NCBI GenBank assembly: GCA_030141605.1
Contig: JAQGDQ010000006.1
Span: 1,637,067-1,701,066, forward strand
Direction: 5' to 3'
Origin: Tubiluchus corallicola
Taxonomy: Eukaryota > Animalia > Priapulida
Length of the DNA: 64,000 bases
Positions 13,105 through 25,561 of the stretch are shown here, in pieces (position 1 is the first letter of the stretch; every line of letters starts with the position of its first letter). The position numbers and the translations under genes were made by a program. The notes under the pieces are model-generated. The model had not been told where the DNA came from. It saw nothing but the letters and a program-made list of their open reading frames with translations, and did no database searches.

Positions 13105-14080
13105 CTGCTTATTTATTTATTTATTCTATTTTAATCACACCCAATAGTAAAATAGAGTCTACAATAAAAACAATATAATATAAAACACGTTGGCAAAGAA
13201 CATACAAATAAAATATTTACAAGAGTGTGGTAAAGACACAAAGATATTAACTGCTTACATGTGTCCGTTGTGTACAAGGAATTTATGCAAGTTAACTTTA
13301 TATAGGCGGTTTTTAAATAACTTAATATTTTATGCAGTTACGTGGGGTACACCATCAACATATGCAGGCAGTGAGTTCCAAATCGGTACAACACGATTTG
13401 AGAAAAATTGACCAAATGATACTTTAGCTCTTCGACGCACGAAAAGCTTGTTTACTGTTAGGATAGTTGCTACAATTAAGTTTAAGTTTATTACACACCA
13501 AATGAGAAGTAAACAATATACATTAAGATACATACATATACATACAAACATATACATCATATAAAAACATGCTATACACATTAAATTACGTACATACACA
13601 AAAAGCAGCATGATAATGAGGGGCGGTGTGGGGGAGACACGAAAAGCAAATGCTTCTTACATGTGCCTGTTAAATACTAAGAAAGCATTTAGATCGACAT
13701 AATTTAGTCGCCGTATAAAAAAAGTTTGCATTGCGAGCTTTTGCTAATGGTGCATCATTTACAATTTCTGGTAAACTACTCCAAATCGAAAAAAATGACC
13801 AAATATTTTTAGCAGATCGCTTGACATACATTTTAAGTGAGTTGGTACTTCTTGTCCGACTAGATGTAGCAAATGAGAAAAATTTATCTCTGTCTATATC
13901 TACGTCTTTATGTATGATTTGATAACACAGTATAAATCTTTATCTAACCGTCTTTCCTCTAATGATCTAAGAGTTAGAAAGTTCAATCGTAACGGATTTG
14001 ACAAATAAGTAATGTTACCTGCCAGTTTGAATAGTTGGATTCACAGCGTCGATCACCGCAACATATTCTTGGGTTGATAC
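13105..14080 (-). mobile_element. CR1/L2-type LINE 3'-end remnants (two pieces)
   Basis: FFSNRVVPIWNSLP at about 13330-13440; SLEERRLDKDL...FFSIWSSLPE at about 13690-13990; AT-rich tail. Confidence 0.8.
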
Positions 14081-14879
14081 GAAACGCGTAACGATATAAA
14101 AATCGCATTACGTGACTCAGTGACTCAGTGATACATTAATTAACAACATAGGTAAAACAGTAATAATAACTATTTATGTAACTATGATGTGAAGTTGAAA
14201 TTGTGATTAAAGTGAAAGTTGTCGTGTTTTCAAACTTTCATTTCTTTCCCTTATAACTCTTTTACTTGAATTGAAACTTCATTTAACTTTTTATTGGTAA
14301 TCTTCTTATTGATTATAGCTATAAAATTTTACTGTTTACTTTTTACTCGTGTAGTTATTTCTTGTGCCTAATAAATAAATAATAAATAATAAAAACGGTA
14401 CTGTGTACTGTGTCAGCGTTGACTTCTCTTGCAGCAGCTTTATCTTCAAAGTTATACCCCCCCCCCCCAACCGAAAATATTACAGAGCTGAGCGTATACT
14501 GTAACGGACCAAGAAATACACAGCAGTCAACATGTCATTTGAACCAATAGCCGTTATGGTTGGCTGTTAGGAACTGCTTACAGCACTTCAATTTGCCGTG
14601 TATCATTTCACATTTGCAACTTAAACTCTGTGAAATAAGCAGTAATTGGAATAATGATATTTTACCCTTAGTGGTAATAACAGTAATGTGCTTGCCCTTG
14701 AGGGACATTGTGCTTTTATAAGTAGCAGCTAAAATGTTACAACACAAATGGACCGCCGAGTGGCATTAGCAGGCAGAAGATGGCAATCGCGTTGAAGGAA
14801 GACAATGAAGACGAAGAGGTTTAACTTCATCTGCGTCCAGAAGCATTAATCGTAATATCATGAAAGATATACGAAGCTG

Positions 14880-16105
14880 TCTAGCTACCTACATAGCCAC
14901 CCACCTAACTTCCTGCCTACCCACAGTCTGCCAACCTGCCTACCTACCTATAGGCACATCCTACTTACCTACCAACCCTCTGCCTTCTTACCCACCTACC
15001 TACCTTCCTACCGACTTACCTACCGACCGACTGACCTACCTACCTATACCTAAATGCCTACCTACCTGCCTACTTAGCTGCCTACCTAGATACCTGCTTT
15101 GCCTACCTATATGTACATCCTACTTACCTACCTACGCCCTGCCTTCTTACCTACTTACCTGCCTGCCTACCTACCTATCTACCAACCAACCTACCTTCCT
15201 ACCCACCTACCTACCTACCTAACTAACAACCTATTGTTCGTATGCCTGCCTGCCTGCCTGCCTATTCCCTGTTTGTACTATTCCCCTATATACCTGACCA
15301 GCTACTTACCTACGTATTTACCTACCTGCTTACCTTCTTACATACTACTTAGTACCCACTTACCTACCTGCCTACTTAGCTGCCTACCTAGATACCTGCT
15401 TTGCCTACCTATATGTACATCCTACTTACCTACCTACGCCCTGCCTTCTTACCTACTTACCTGCCTGCCTACCTACCTATCTACCAACCAACCTACCTTC
15501 CTACCCACCTACCTACCTACCTAACTAACAACCTATTGTTCGTATGCCTGCCTGCCTGCCTGCCTATTCCCTGTTTGTACTATTCCCCTATATACCTGAC
15601 CAGCTACTTACCTACGTATTTACCTACCTGCTTACCTTCTTACATACTACTTAGTACCCACTTACCTACCTGCCTACTTAGCTGCCTACCTAGATACCTG
15701 CTTTGCCTACCTATATGTACATCCTACTTACCTACCTACGCCCTGCCTTCTTACCTACTTACCTGCCTGCCTACCTACCTATCTACCAACCAACCTACCT
15801 TCCTACCCACCTACCTACCTACCTGCCTACCTAACTAACAACCTATTGTTCGTATGCCTGCCTGCCTGCCTATTCCCTGTTTGTTACTATTCCCCTATAT
15901 ACCTGACCAGCTGCTTACCTACGTATTTACCTACCTGCTTACCTTCTTACATACTACTTAGTACCCACTTACCTACCTGCCTAGTGCCTACGTACTTACC
16001 CAATAGTGAGGCACATGCTTACTTAACACTAGGGCAGCACAGATCTAAAATTCTTTTGGAGTAAGTCTTACGAAACTGGCTCCACTATAACTTCCTACCT
16101 ACCTA
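14880..16105. repeat. (CCTA)n-derived satellite with about 3 x 302-bp higher-order repeat
   Basis: Units begin at about 15061, 15363 and 15665; the ORF track shows the same 302-nt offset. Confidence 0.93.
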
Positions 16106-18104
16106 GGCAATTACTACTGCCCTGCTTTTCTGTGGTTCCTGCACCTAACGGTTGTCTATAGTTTGGTAAACAATGTGGAAAAGGCATCAACGCATCACTA
16201 AATCAGTATAGCGATAGATGATTATACGGTCGCGTATGTCAGTCCCTATTCCCCATACCATTCTAAATCTTTTATTACTCGAGATTATACAATCCCCAGT
16301 TGATAGGATGCGTGTCATACCCAATTTGCTGTGATTAAACTATTCAAGCGACAGATAAGATCGAACAAGAGGCTTACTTCCACAGAAGCGCGCAAGAATA
16401 AGTGACAATTCTCACATGAATTCGTGAACAAGGCACAGAGTCTATTGGCGTATAATGGTTTTTACATATCAGAAGGTTATTTGTCAAGATGGGTTACCAT
16501 CCTCATAAGACATGGCGCCTTTAATCATATTTCCCTTTTAGTAATTGCAATCTTAAAGCAATCAAGCACTTCCTGGATGTGCTTCTGAGTTTTCAAATCT
16601 TTTTGAACAATTCTGGCGTGCCCTACGTGTCCAGAAATACTAAACGTTATTTTACATCTACAATACTTGGCTGAAACAAATAGTGAAGAAAAATGTTGGA
16701 TTTTTTATTTTCGTTTGCCCGTGCAAGCCGACCAGCATTCAGAATAAAGGCAGCAAACACGATTTGGTAAAAATTACATTCTGTAGTAAACCGGAACTGT
16801 TACTGTTCACAGAGGAATGCTGACCTAGCATTGATCACTAAGTAAATTTATTCTCTATAGTCTTGGGGCTACTACTTAATCCCTGAAGAAGCTTGGGTAG
16901 CTTTATCCAAATAAGGAAAGATTTCTAAAACGGCAGAATTGTCAGATGTTCAAATGCTTAGCAGGTACTAACCAGAACGAGTGCTGCTTCACTTTGAAAA
17001 ACTTTGAGGTTATGACGCCAATCTGACTCATCGTGGTACATGTATGTAAATAATGTACTTTCTCAGTATAGTATAGTCTTGGCCTAGTACATGCTTCATA
17101 CTTAAATAATCCATACTAGACCAGTGTACCGTGTAGACCACGTGGTGTACTGCTTGGTTTTTTTTATCTGCCTTAAGCCGTACCACATATATATATACAT
17201 TGTAATGTACAATGACTCCTGCTTTTAATCGAGAACAGAGAAAGGAAAGAGTGAATGAGCGAGAGAAGGAAAAAGAAATCAGAGATAGACAAAAGAAATT
17301 TAAAATTCAAAATTTTTAAGAAAAATAAACGTGACTAATTTATTTCTACTGGGAGTCCAGTTGTTCAGAGGCTAAAATTGGACATTGTCCAAAAATCAGA
17401 TGGATTTTGGTCAAAATATGCGTGAGGAAGGCGTGATTCCGCGCATATTTTGTATCATTTTTCGAAAAATGGGTTATTTGTACATGGATGGGAACCTAAT
17501 ACGTTGGTAAACATCAGACGATGATACATTTAATGTACGATCTATAATGTAGTCAGGTACAGGCATGCCACATTGCGTGTACATTATAAATGCACTTTAC
17601 CTATATGTTGGTATTAGCAAATTACGAGTAGCGCATTGCGTTAGTGAACCGCCTCCGTTCTATAACTGCGCCGAGGCTTTTGTTTGCTAAACAATTTTTC
17701 CCCAGGAAAATCAAAAAGTTCGTGTAATCTTTTGTCGTGAGATTATTCATACATTCACGCACCTGCATAGTGTATTTGTTTTGAAATAACGCCAGTCTAG
17801 CAGGTTCGTTGTGAAAGAAAATAGCAGCAAAGTTTATTAAATTTTCAGAGGAATTTACGTTATTAGAGTGAAGCCTTTGTACCTTTTAGCTGATAATGTT
17901 GTCAATATATAGTATTACAAAAAACTTAATCGAGCGCGCAATTCTGATAAGGTTAATTTTCGTGCCAGGACAAGCTACCTCATACTATGCTCCTAAAAAT
18001 AAAATAATATATTCGTTTAATATATTAAGATTAGTTCCAAAGCTTCACAACAGGACTGAGGCATCCAAGGCGTAGCAACAAGAACTTATTTATATAAGGA
18101 AGCC

Positions 18105-18106
<2 letters not shown>

Positions 18107-18147
<41 letters not shown>

Positions 18148-18223
18148 TCTTTCTTTCTCTCTCTTTCTCCCCTCTCTCTTTCTCTCTCTCTCTCTTCATC
18201 ACTCTCTCTCCCCTCTCTCTCCC

Positions 18224-18274
<51 letters not shown>

Positions 18275-18342
18275 ACTCTCTTTCTCTCTTTCTCTTACTC
18301 CCTCCTGTCTCTCTCTCTTTCTCTCTGTCTCTCTCTCTCTTT

Positions 18343-18418
<76 letters not shown>

Positions 18419-18478
18419 TCTCTCTCTCTGTCTCCTTCTCTCTCTCCCCATTCTCTCCCTTTTATTTTCTCTCTTCAT
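18107..18478. repeat. (CT)n microsatellite
   Basis: Directly visible. Confidence 0.97.
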
Positions 18479-20310
18479 CACGGAATAGTAAGCAGTATCA
18501 ATAATGTGCACACGTTCCACACAGTGTTCGTTACATATGACAAACACATTTTTTAAAATTTATCCTGCAGACCTGCATACTTTACAGTTTAGTACTTTAT
18601 GTAGTTGGTCATATTTACTGCCACTGATATTTATGACGAAGCAAAAAACCTTCATAAATCATAAACAATAATATCAAGTAATCAGGCCTCATATTATTTG
18701 AAAGGTTTCATCTATTTTATACAATCTGCATGCGAGCCAAAACTGTTTAAATAATAGTTTACATCAGTTCCATAATATTATTAATTTCACATATAACTGA
18801 AGGGTTTCACATTAAACTGCATGAAACACAATCATGTGGTGAATTGTTATTAGAGAAGAGTAATTTCAGGATAAACTTTACCTAAACTGACCTGGCTCGG
18901 TGGTGGTATGCGATCGTGCCATTATTATTCGCTGGTATCAAATTACGAAGCGTCAATAAAATACAAAATTAGAAATTTTCTGCATCGTCGAAAATGGCTG
19001 CTAAACTCGCTGAATAGCTAGAGAATAATTTGACATATATCAGTAAAATCGAGGTGAATCCGTTGAGAAAAAACCGTAAAATATGAAAAAATAACCAAAT
19101 ATTTCGCTCCTACCCAATGAATAGTTTCACAAAATAAAAAATGTTCGTCCTGCTGTAGAAAGTTTGTAATAAATACACAATTAACTAGATACACTATAGA
19201 TTTAATAACCACTTATTTCGAAAGGTCTTAATTGTTCTGACTATTTAAATTACAGGCCAAAAAATAAAATAAAACAATGCATAGCTTCGTAATTTACGAT
19301 ACGTCGTGGTACAACGTACATAAACTACATAAACTAATTCACGTCGTTATCTAATTATATTGAACCATTAATATTGCTTTCTCTTACTTATATGTTTTTC
19401 AAGCTAAAGAAATAGCTTTTTGGTGCGTTATAAATCAAAAACTGTTTTAAGTTGTTTTGTGTCAACTTCATCTCAAAAACAGCAAAACTTCTGAACTAAA
19501 TAAAACAGTAAACACTCTATAAGCACTAGGAAAATAAACTGTTACAAGCGTTTTGCAAAAATAAACTGTTACAAGCGTTTTGCAAAGACGGTGTTTTCTA
19601 CACGTAATTTTGCCCACAGATATTTTATCTGCAAAAAGCAACGAAACATAAGCTTATCATTGGTACTTGGCATTCTAATTAAGTAATATTTTTTATTTAA
19701 ATAGGACAGCATTAGTTTCCAAACTGCACAACAATATTGAAGCGATCTTCGCAAGAGTTTACTTAACTGACATCGTACTTGGTGCATTGACTTTAAGTCT
19801 AACTCCTGTGTACGACATATATAAAAATATATTTTATGTTTCTTATCAATGTGCCGCCTCTCCATATATTTATCCGGATGTTGTTACGTTTTTACTTTAG
19901 ATAGAAAGTGATCTTGAACTACGCCGTTAGTTCCATTTTCCAAAATCAAAGGTAAAAAAGGTTTCACAGGCCCAACTGTTGGTTTTCTAGCTTCGCAGTA
20001 TAGCAGACATAACATATTTTAAAACAGAATGATCAGTTAAGGTGTATATGTACAGAGGGTGATCTGGTTACACTGTAAGAGCTGAGCAAATTTACGGATG
20101 CGTGAAAATAAACAATAGATTTAATATGATAGCATTGTGAACAGAGATGGACAGCTCGTGGAACGAGGGTCATTTGTTTTTCCACTCGTTGTTGGTTTTG
20201 TCATTAAATGCTGGTTAAATTCACAAGTGAGAACTTTAATTACCGTCACAGGGCTTTCTCGGGTTTATTTAAAGTTCACTGATTGTCTTCGTGTTAACTG
20301 TTGTTAAATG

Positions 20311-20790
20311 CAGGGCCTATTTCAGCCTAAGCGAGGCCCCCTGGGGGGGGGGGGGGCGTTGGACGGGCGCCACCATGGTTGGCGCCCAGAAAATTTTTGA
20401 ACTGCTAGAACGCCGGAGAAGTATTTTCGAAGAGAAAATATGAAGTTATACAGTTGTTAAAGGAAAGAACAATTGAAAGAAAAACTGCTTTATTCTCAAG
20501 ACCAGTCCTTAATACTTGTCAAATAGTCAAATAAAAAACAACATCTTTGCAATATGTGATACCGTACTCTCTCACTTCCGTACAAGCCGGTGTTAGAAAT
20601 TCCGAAATTGAAAACAGCTGAACATCGCACCGAGCCGCTCAAGGCAAACGGCGCGCGTGCGGCAAGAGAGAGGGAGAGAGGAGACAGTATGTTCGCAAAA
20701 AGCAAAAAAAATGTTACTTCGGCGCGAGGCCCCCCTGGAAGGAGAGGCCCCAGGGAAGTAACCCACTCCCCCCCCCTGAAATAGGCCCTG
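20311..20790. mobile_element. hAT-family MITE, 480 bp
   Basis: Perfect 15-bp TIR CAGGGCCTATTTCAG / CTGAAATAGGCCCTG; perfect 8-bp TSD GTTAAATG. Confidence 0.95.
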
Positions 20791-20989
20791 GTTAAATGTA
20801 TGTAATTAAAATATAACTGGTTAGTTAATTATGTCTGCCTTCATGTTTTTTTGTTAAGTAGCAGTTCAGTAACTCTCGTGGTGATATTGAGAAAAATGAT
20901 TTACGTGGTGCGTGCTGCTAAAATATTGCATGTACACAGCACAGGTACAATACATTCTTAGACATTTTGGTTACTCTGCAGAAAAGAGT

Positions 20990-21340
20990 GACCAGAGCTA
21001 TAAATAAATACCCCAATAAGTCTTCTCTTAATGTACAAAGTAGTTCAATTCCTTCAACTTTACTTTCAAACACTTAACTATCTGTTACTGTATCAATTTC
21101 TTTTCTTCAGGTCTGCTTAATCATTACCTATTTGGCTTTTGTTAACTACTTAATTAGTGCATAATAGACTCTGCCTATATGAACTGGTTGCATGTTTGTA
21201 AAATTACCACTGGTGATGACAGCAGCAGCTTGTCGAAACGTTTGGTATGATTTTAGCAATTTAAAGTAAAAGTTTTAATACCGTTGTATTGCTTTTAAAG
21301 TTCTATAAATGTTTTTAAGTGTCTGTAATAAAAATTAACT
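20990..21340 (+). mobile_element. Penelope-like element 3' / pseudo-LTR remnant
   Basis: KSSLNVQSSSIP resembles PLE GIY-YIG C-termini; followed by a minimal hammerhead motif. Confidence 0.55.
21205..21247 (+). ncRNA. Minimal type I hammerhead ribozyme motif (A6>G variant)
   Basis: Stem I TACCA/TGGTA; core CTGGTGA; stem II GACA/TGTC; GAAAC-GTT. Confidence 0.6.
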
Positions 21341-22321
21341 TCGTTATTTTGTAGATTTACTTGCCTTCCTCGTCACAGTAGGGAATATGTGTTTTTTTAC
21401 TGTTACATAAGAGGAAGTGATTAAGAAAAGGCATAGGTTCGAGAAGTGATCTTTTCCCTAACTAACACTGTTTAAATGTAACAAAGAATGTATGCCTAGC
21501 GATTATATAAAGCATTACTTGTAACACAAATTGCAAATAAAAATGTAAATTACTTTTGTGTAGGCTAAACGTCTTTTAGAAATGTGTACATAAAACTAAT
21601 TCCTAAGCTTCACGTCGCAAAAAGGATGGCTAAAATTTTACTATGAATATATTCATCAACTCAGCAAGCCAAACAAAGGTGTAAGCTATATAATGTTCTA
21701 CAGATTCGCTCGCTATTTGCCTTACGATATATCCTTTGCATAGGGAAGAGTACGCTTACAACAGAATTATGTGTTAGAAATTAGAATGTTAATATATATT
21801 TATTTTACAGTGCAACTTATTATAATGGATACTCCCACGAATCACGGTGAGCAACGTCAACGATGCCCAGACTTTCAAATACGAGTTCTGTCCAATTCAA
21901 ATCATGTAATGTTGCTGATTACGAGAATTTCGCACATTATCGCCTTGCATCATCCAAAATAGTCGAAACCCTAACATTCCACGCCAATGAGTCACGCGAA
22001 ACTTGATTTACTGCACTGTCTGCTACCTTTTCTTTTACCCCTGTAAATTGATTTATTACTGGCGCCCATACAGAACCCGTTATCAGTTCAAAATTTGTGT
22101 CAGACTTCCACTGTCATCTACCCAGTGGACAATAAGAAGCCTGTAGCTATTTGCATTATAATGGTGAGCTGGCATCATTGCGTACGGTCACATGCAAATC
22201 TTGTTCCAGGAATTTCTGGTCGAAAGACTTGACCCGAATACTCATCTGGATGTTATTTTTGTTGTCCTTGTTGGAATTGGATAAGAGGCTGTGTAACCAA
22301 CATTTACAATAGTAATTATAA

Positions 22322-22953
22322 TAACAATAATTTCGTTTAGGACATAAGCCAGGTAATCCACCGTAGGTAATTCAATACTTATTTCCGTGGTGGTTCCAGT
22401 TATTACCCGCATGCGGAGCTGGATTATGGCTTTTTGGGGCCCCTACGTTAATGAAATTATGGGGCACCCTCAGACGAAGCCACCCCTACCTCGCCGCATC
22501 CGTCTTGAATATTTTTTTACTTGTGATATAGTTTAGCGACATTTAAGTAGGTTGAAATAAACTTATTGCAAATTCTTTAAATAAACCAGAATAGCATGTC
22601 TTTTGTTTGTCAATAAAAATATTCTTTAAAAGAAATATCCCTATTTTAGTATTTATTGCCAACCAAATTAGCATATATTCCAACATAACCGTAGTGAAAA
22701 ACACAAATGTCAACCAAAGTTTGAAAGCTCCCCCCCCCCCAAGCATGAGCAGTTCTAGGCTGCAACCTACGCTGGCCTGTTGGATAATCCAGTCCTGCCC
22801 GCATGTTACTTCGATAATCATAAACACGTACGCTTATCAAAGAAGAACCATCGGTACCATTTTTAAATCTTTGGAATTTTTAAATCTGGACAGTTGGCCC
22901 GCAATCTCCACGGTAGTAAGCGAGCACGTTACCACTGAGCTATTCCCACACCC
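22322..22953 (-). mobile_element. tRNA-derived SINE (same family as 24921-25156), interrupted by a MITE
   Basis: Shares the TGTCCTAAACGAAATTATT tail, the AAAATGGTACC core and a tRNA-like head. Confidence 0.8.
22414..22797. mobile_element. hAT-family MITE, 384 bp, nested in a SINE
   Basis: TIR CGGAGCTGGATTAT / ATAATCCAGTCCTG; perfect 8-bp TSD CCCGCATG. Confidence 0.9.
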
Positions 22954-23469
22954 AATAACTATAGACAAGTCAATAATGTTCCATCTAGCAGCAGTGTAAC
23001 TGCACAGCTAAATAACACAAGGAGGACGTTTTCAACAGAACGACTGAACTACACCAAACAACAGGGGCAACTTTTGTAGATGGTGTGGTGCTGGTAGGAA
23101 GAGAACCTTTCATGAATGATAATCCTCTGCGATTTCAAATTAGGCACTCATATTGCGAACTAGCAACAGTTAACGTGGCAGTAGTAAGGCATTAAAGTTA
23201 TTATGAAGTTCCAAGTAGGGTATGGAAGTTATTATAATTTTTGGTTTCGATGCTTAATAAATTACTTAATAAAAAGCTGATTCGACTCCAATGTTTACAT
23301 TGGAACTGGAAGTGGTGCTGAATTGTGAATGTGTGTGTAACGTATTTTGTTAATCATGTTTACTATTGACAAGCTATCAGCATAGTAGTGTTAGTTTTTT
23401 GCTGGATTCACTGCTATGTTTACCTGTATTGAGAGCAGATTTCTTTTATTTTAGAATTCTCCCTGTCCA

Positions 23470-23835
23470 CTACAACATGTGGTTGTTTCTTCTCCTCTTT
23501 TCCTTCTTCCTATCCCTAATCTTACTATTTTTTTCCATTCCATCATTTCTTCTTGCCCCAACCATTCTTTCATTCTCTCATTTCCTGTCACCTCAACAAG
23601 CCAAGCTTTCAAGGTGTCATACAGCAACTCTTTTATTTGGTTAATTTGACTTCATCAACGTTTTTTAACCTATACTGTTTCTTTTTTTTCAATAATTTTG
23701 TACGTTGATGTATTGTATATGTATTGCTGGAGTGAAATAAATTGATTTTGATTTTTGAACATAGTCGTAATGGGAATAAACTATAATGATACGATGATGA
23801 ATGTTTACAGGTTCTAAACTGTACTTTGCTCATCG
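23470..23835 (-). mobile_element. Degraded LINE 3' fragments (RTE-like and L2/CR1-like)
   Basis: RRNDGMEK...GRRKRG-like and YHYSLFP motifs. Confidence 0.4.
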
Positions 23836-24068
23836 GCTTTACTAGAAAACCTGTATACAGAGTTTGTATTGTTTTTGTATATTTTTGTAACTACAACACT
23901 TAGTGAAAACACATCGTGAAATCAGACGCGCCATACATTCTTGCTTTCAATGCCAGCTGGAGCCTGGGTCAGTTGCTTAGCGATAAATAACCTAAATTTG
24001 TTAATGTAAGTCACTACGGTTGCTAGATGGAGACTTACTTTTTGCATCAGACTGAATAACAATAAAAA

Positions 24069-24069
<1 letters not shown>

Positions 24070-24131
<62 letters not shown>

Positions 24132-24210
24132 CAGCAGTAGCAGTAGCAGTAGCAGTAGCAGTAGCAGCATCAGCAGCAGCAGCAGCAGCAGTAGTAATAA
24201 TAATAATAAC
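24070..24210. repeat. (AGT)n/(AGC)n/(AAT)n compound microsatellite
   Basis: Directly visible. Confidence 0.95.
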
Positions 24211-24499
24211 TTGTAATTCATAATGGATCTATTTCAGATATTTTAGTATAATACAAGTACTGTCATAATATTCATTCACAGACCAGTTAGCTCAAGGGAA
24301 AAGAATTTTCACCTCAAAAACTGCTATATATATATATATTATTTATATATCATCTATATATACATTTATTTGCATATTATAATGCCATACATTGACAAGT
24401 TAGTATGATGGTAGCAATGTAAATTACTAAAGTAATTAATTAATTGAACAAAAGTGTTAGATACATAGTTTCAATTTCATCGTACGTAAATTCGGGTAT

Positions 24500-25561
24500 T
24501 AATATTTCGTTGTTCAACGTTCAATAAAATTCACGTGCTACTACTAATCCGATCATTGCAACCATAATTATTGTCATAATAACGTAGAAAAATTTTATTC
24601 TTTCCCAACGTTGTTAAGCTATTCTGAGTATTTAAGACTGACAATGCACGCAAGAGTTCATTTTTAGAGTTATCAATTGATTTCGATAGATTCAGAGCAC
24701 GTTTAACAATTATCTTTGTAAGAGGATACGTGTCTGCAAAGCATGTTGTCATACTACAATGAGAATTCCTTGGAAAAACACGGCGTAAAATTTTTCTATA
24801 TTCCATTGCTAATGGATCGTTATTGTCTGTTAACTCAAATATTGAGCTACCATAGAAAAATGTATAGCAAAAAATATGAAGATAACAATTTCATTAAAGC
24901 AGATTTATTAGTTATTAGTAATAATAATAATTTCGTTTAGGACATAGTCCAGGGATATCACCTTAAGTAACTCAATACTTTTCAAGATGGTCCCGATTAC
25001 CCGTTCAAGGTGGTCCACGTACTACGATAAGTACGTGTGCTTGGTTGAAGAACCAGCGGTACCATTTTCAAGTATTTGGTATGACTCGGTCGGGAGTTGA
25101 ACCCGTGACCTCCGGAGTGAGAAGCGAGCACGCTACCATTGAGCTACACCACCCGGTAAGTAACAGTTAAAAAAGGATGAAAGTGAATTAGCAGCTGTAA
25201 AGCCACTTTTGAAATATATGACATCCAGTGATTGATTTAAATCATAGGTGACAATACGCCCTAAGTGATTAACACTATCGTGCCATTTTAATACTTTTCC
25301 ATTAATTTCAATATTAGTTACATTAGCATGTTTTCATTTTCTGAATAGAATCATTTTCGGTGGCAAACTCCCTGCATCTTTTAATCATCTTTTTTGAAGC
25401 ATTTACAGACGGAGCAAGGAGAGTTACGTCGTCCGCGTAACCAGTCGCCCCGACAAATTGGTTTAGCAAGTAACATTCTAATCTGCTTTTTTAGCTTATG
25501 TAGTAGATCATTAATATATACCGTGAACAAAATCAAAGAAAGCATGCTGCCTTGTCTTATT
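24500..25561 (-). mobile_element. LINE reverse-transcriptase remnant (L2-group-like), interrupted by a SINE
   Basis: IRQGSMLSLILFTVYINDLL ... FVGATGYADDVTLLAPS, plus C-terminal region YRKILRRVF...; frameshifted. Confidence 0.85.
24921..25156 (-). mobile_element. Near full-length tRNA-derived SINE with a Meta-type central domain
   Basis: Head with A-box TAGCTCAATGG and B-box GGTTCAACTCC, then GAGTCATACCAAATACTTGAAAATGGTAC, and an (ATT)n tail. Confidence 0.85.

Noticed and set aside
21771-21995. Second Penelope GIY-YIG remnant (FQIRVLSNSNHVMLLITRISHIIALHHPK)
   Set aside because: Only vague resemblance, and no proper hammerhead follows; not supportable without a search.
25085-25156. tRNA gene on the minus strand
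   Set aside because: Has A/B boxes but a poor acceptor stem, runs into a SINE core and tail, and has a second degenerate copy at about 22900.
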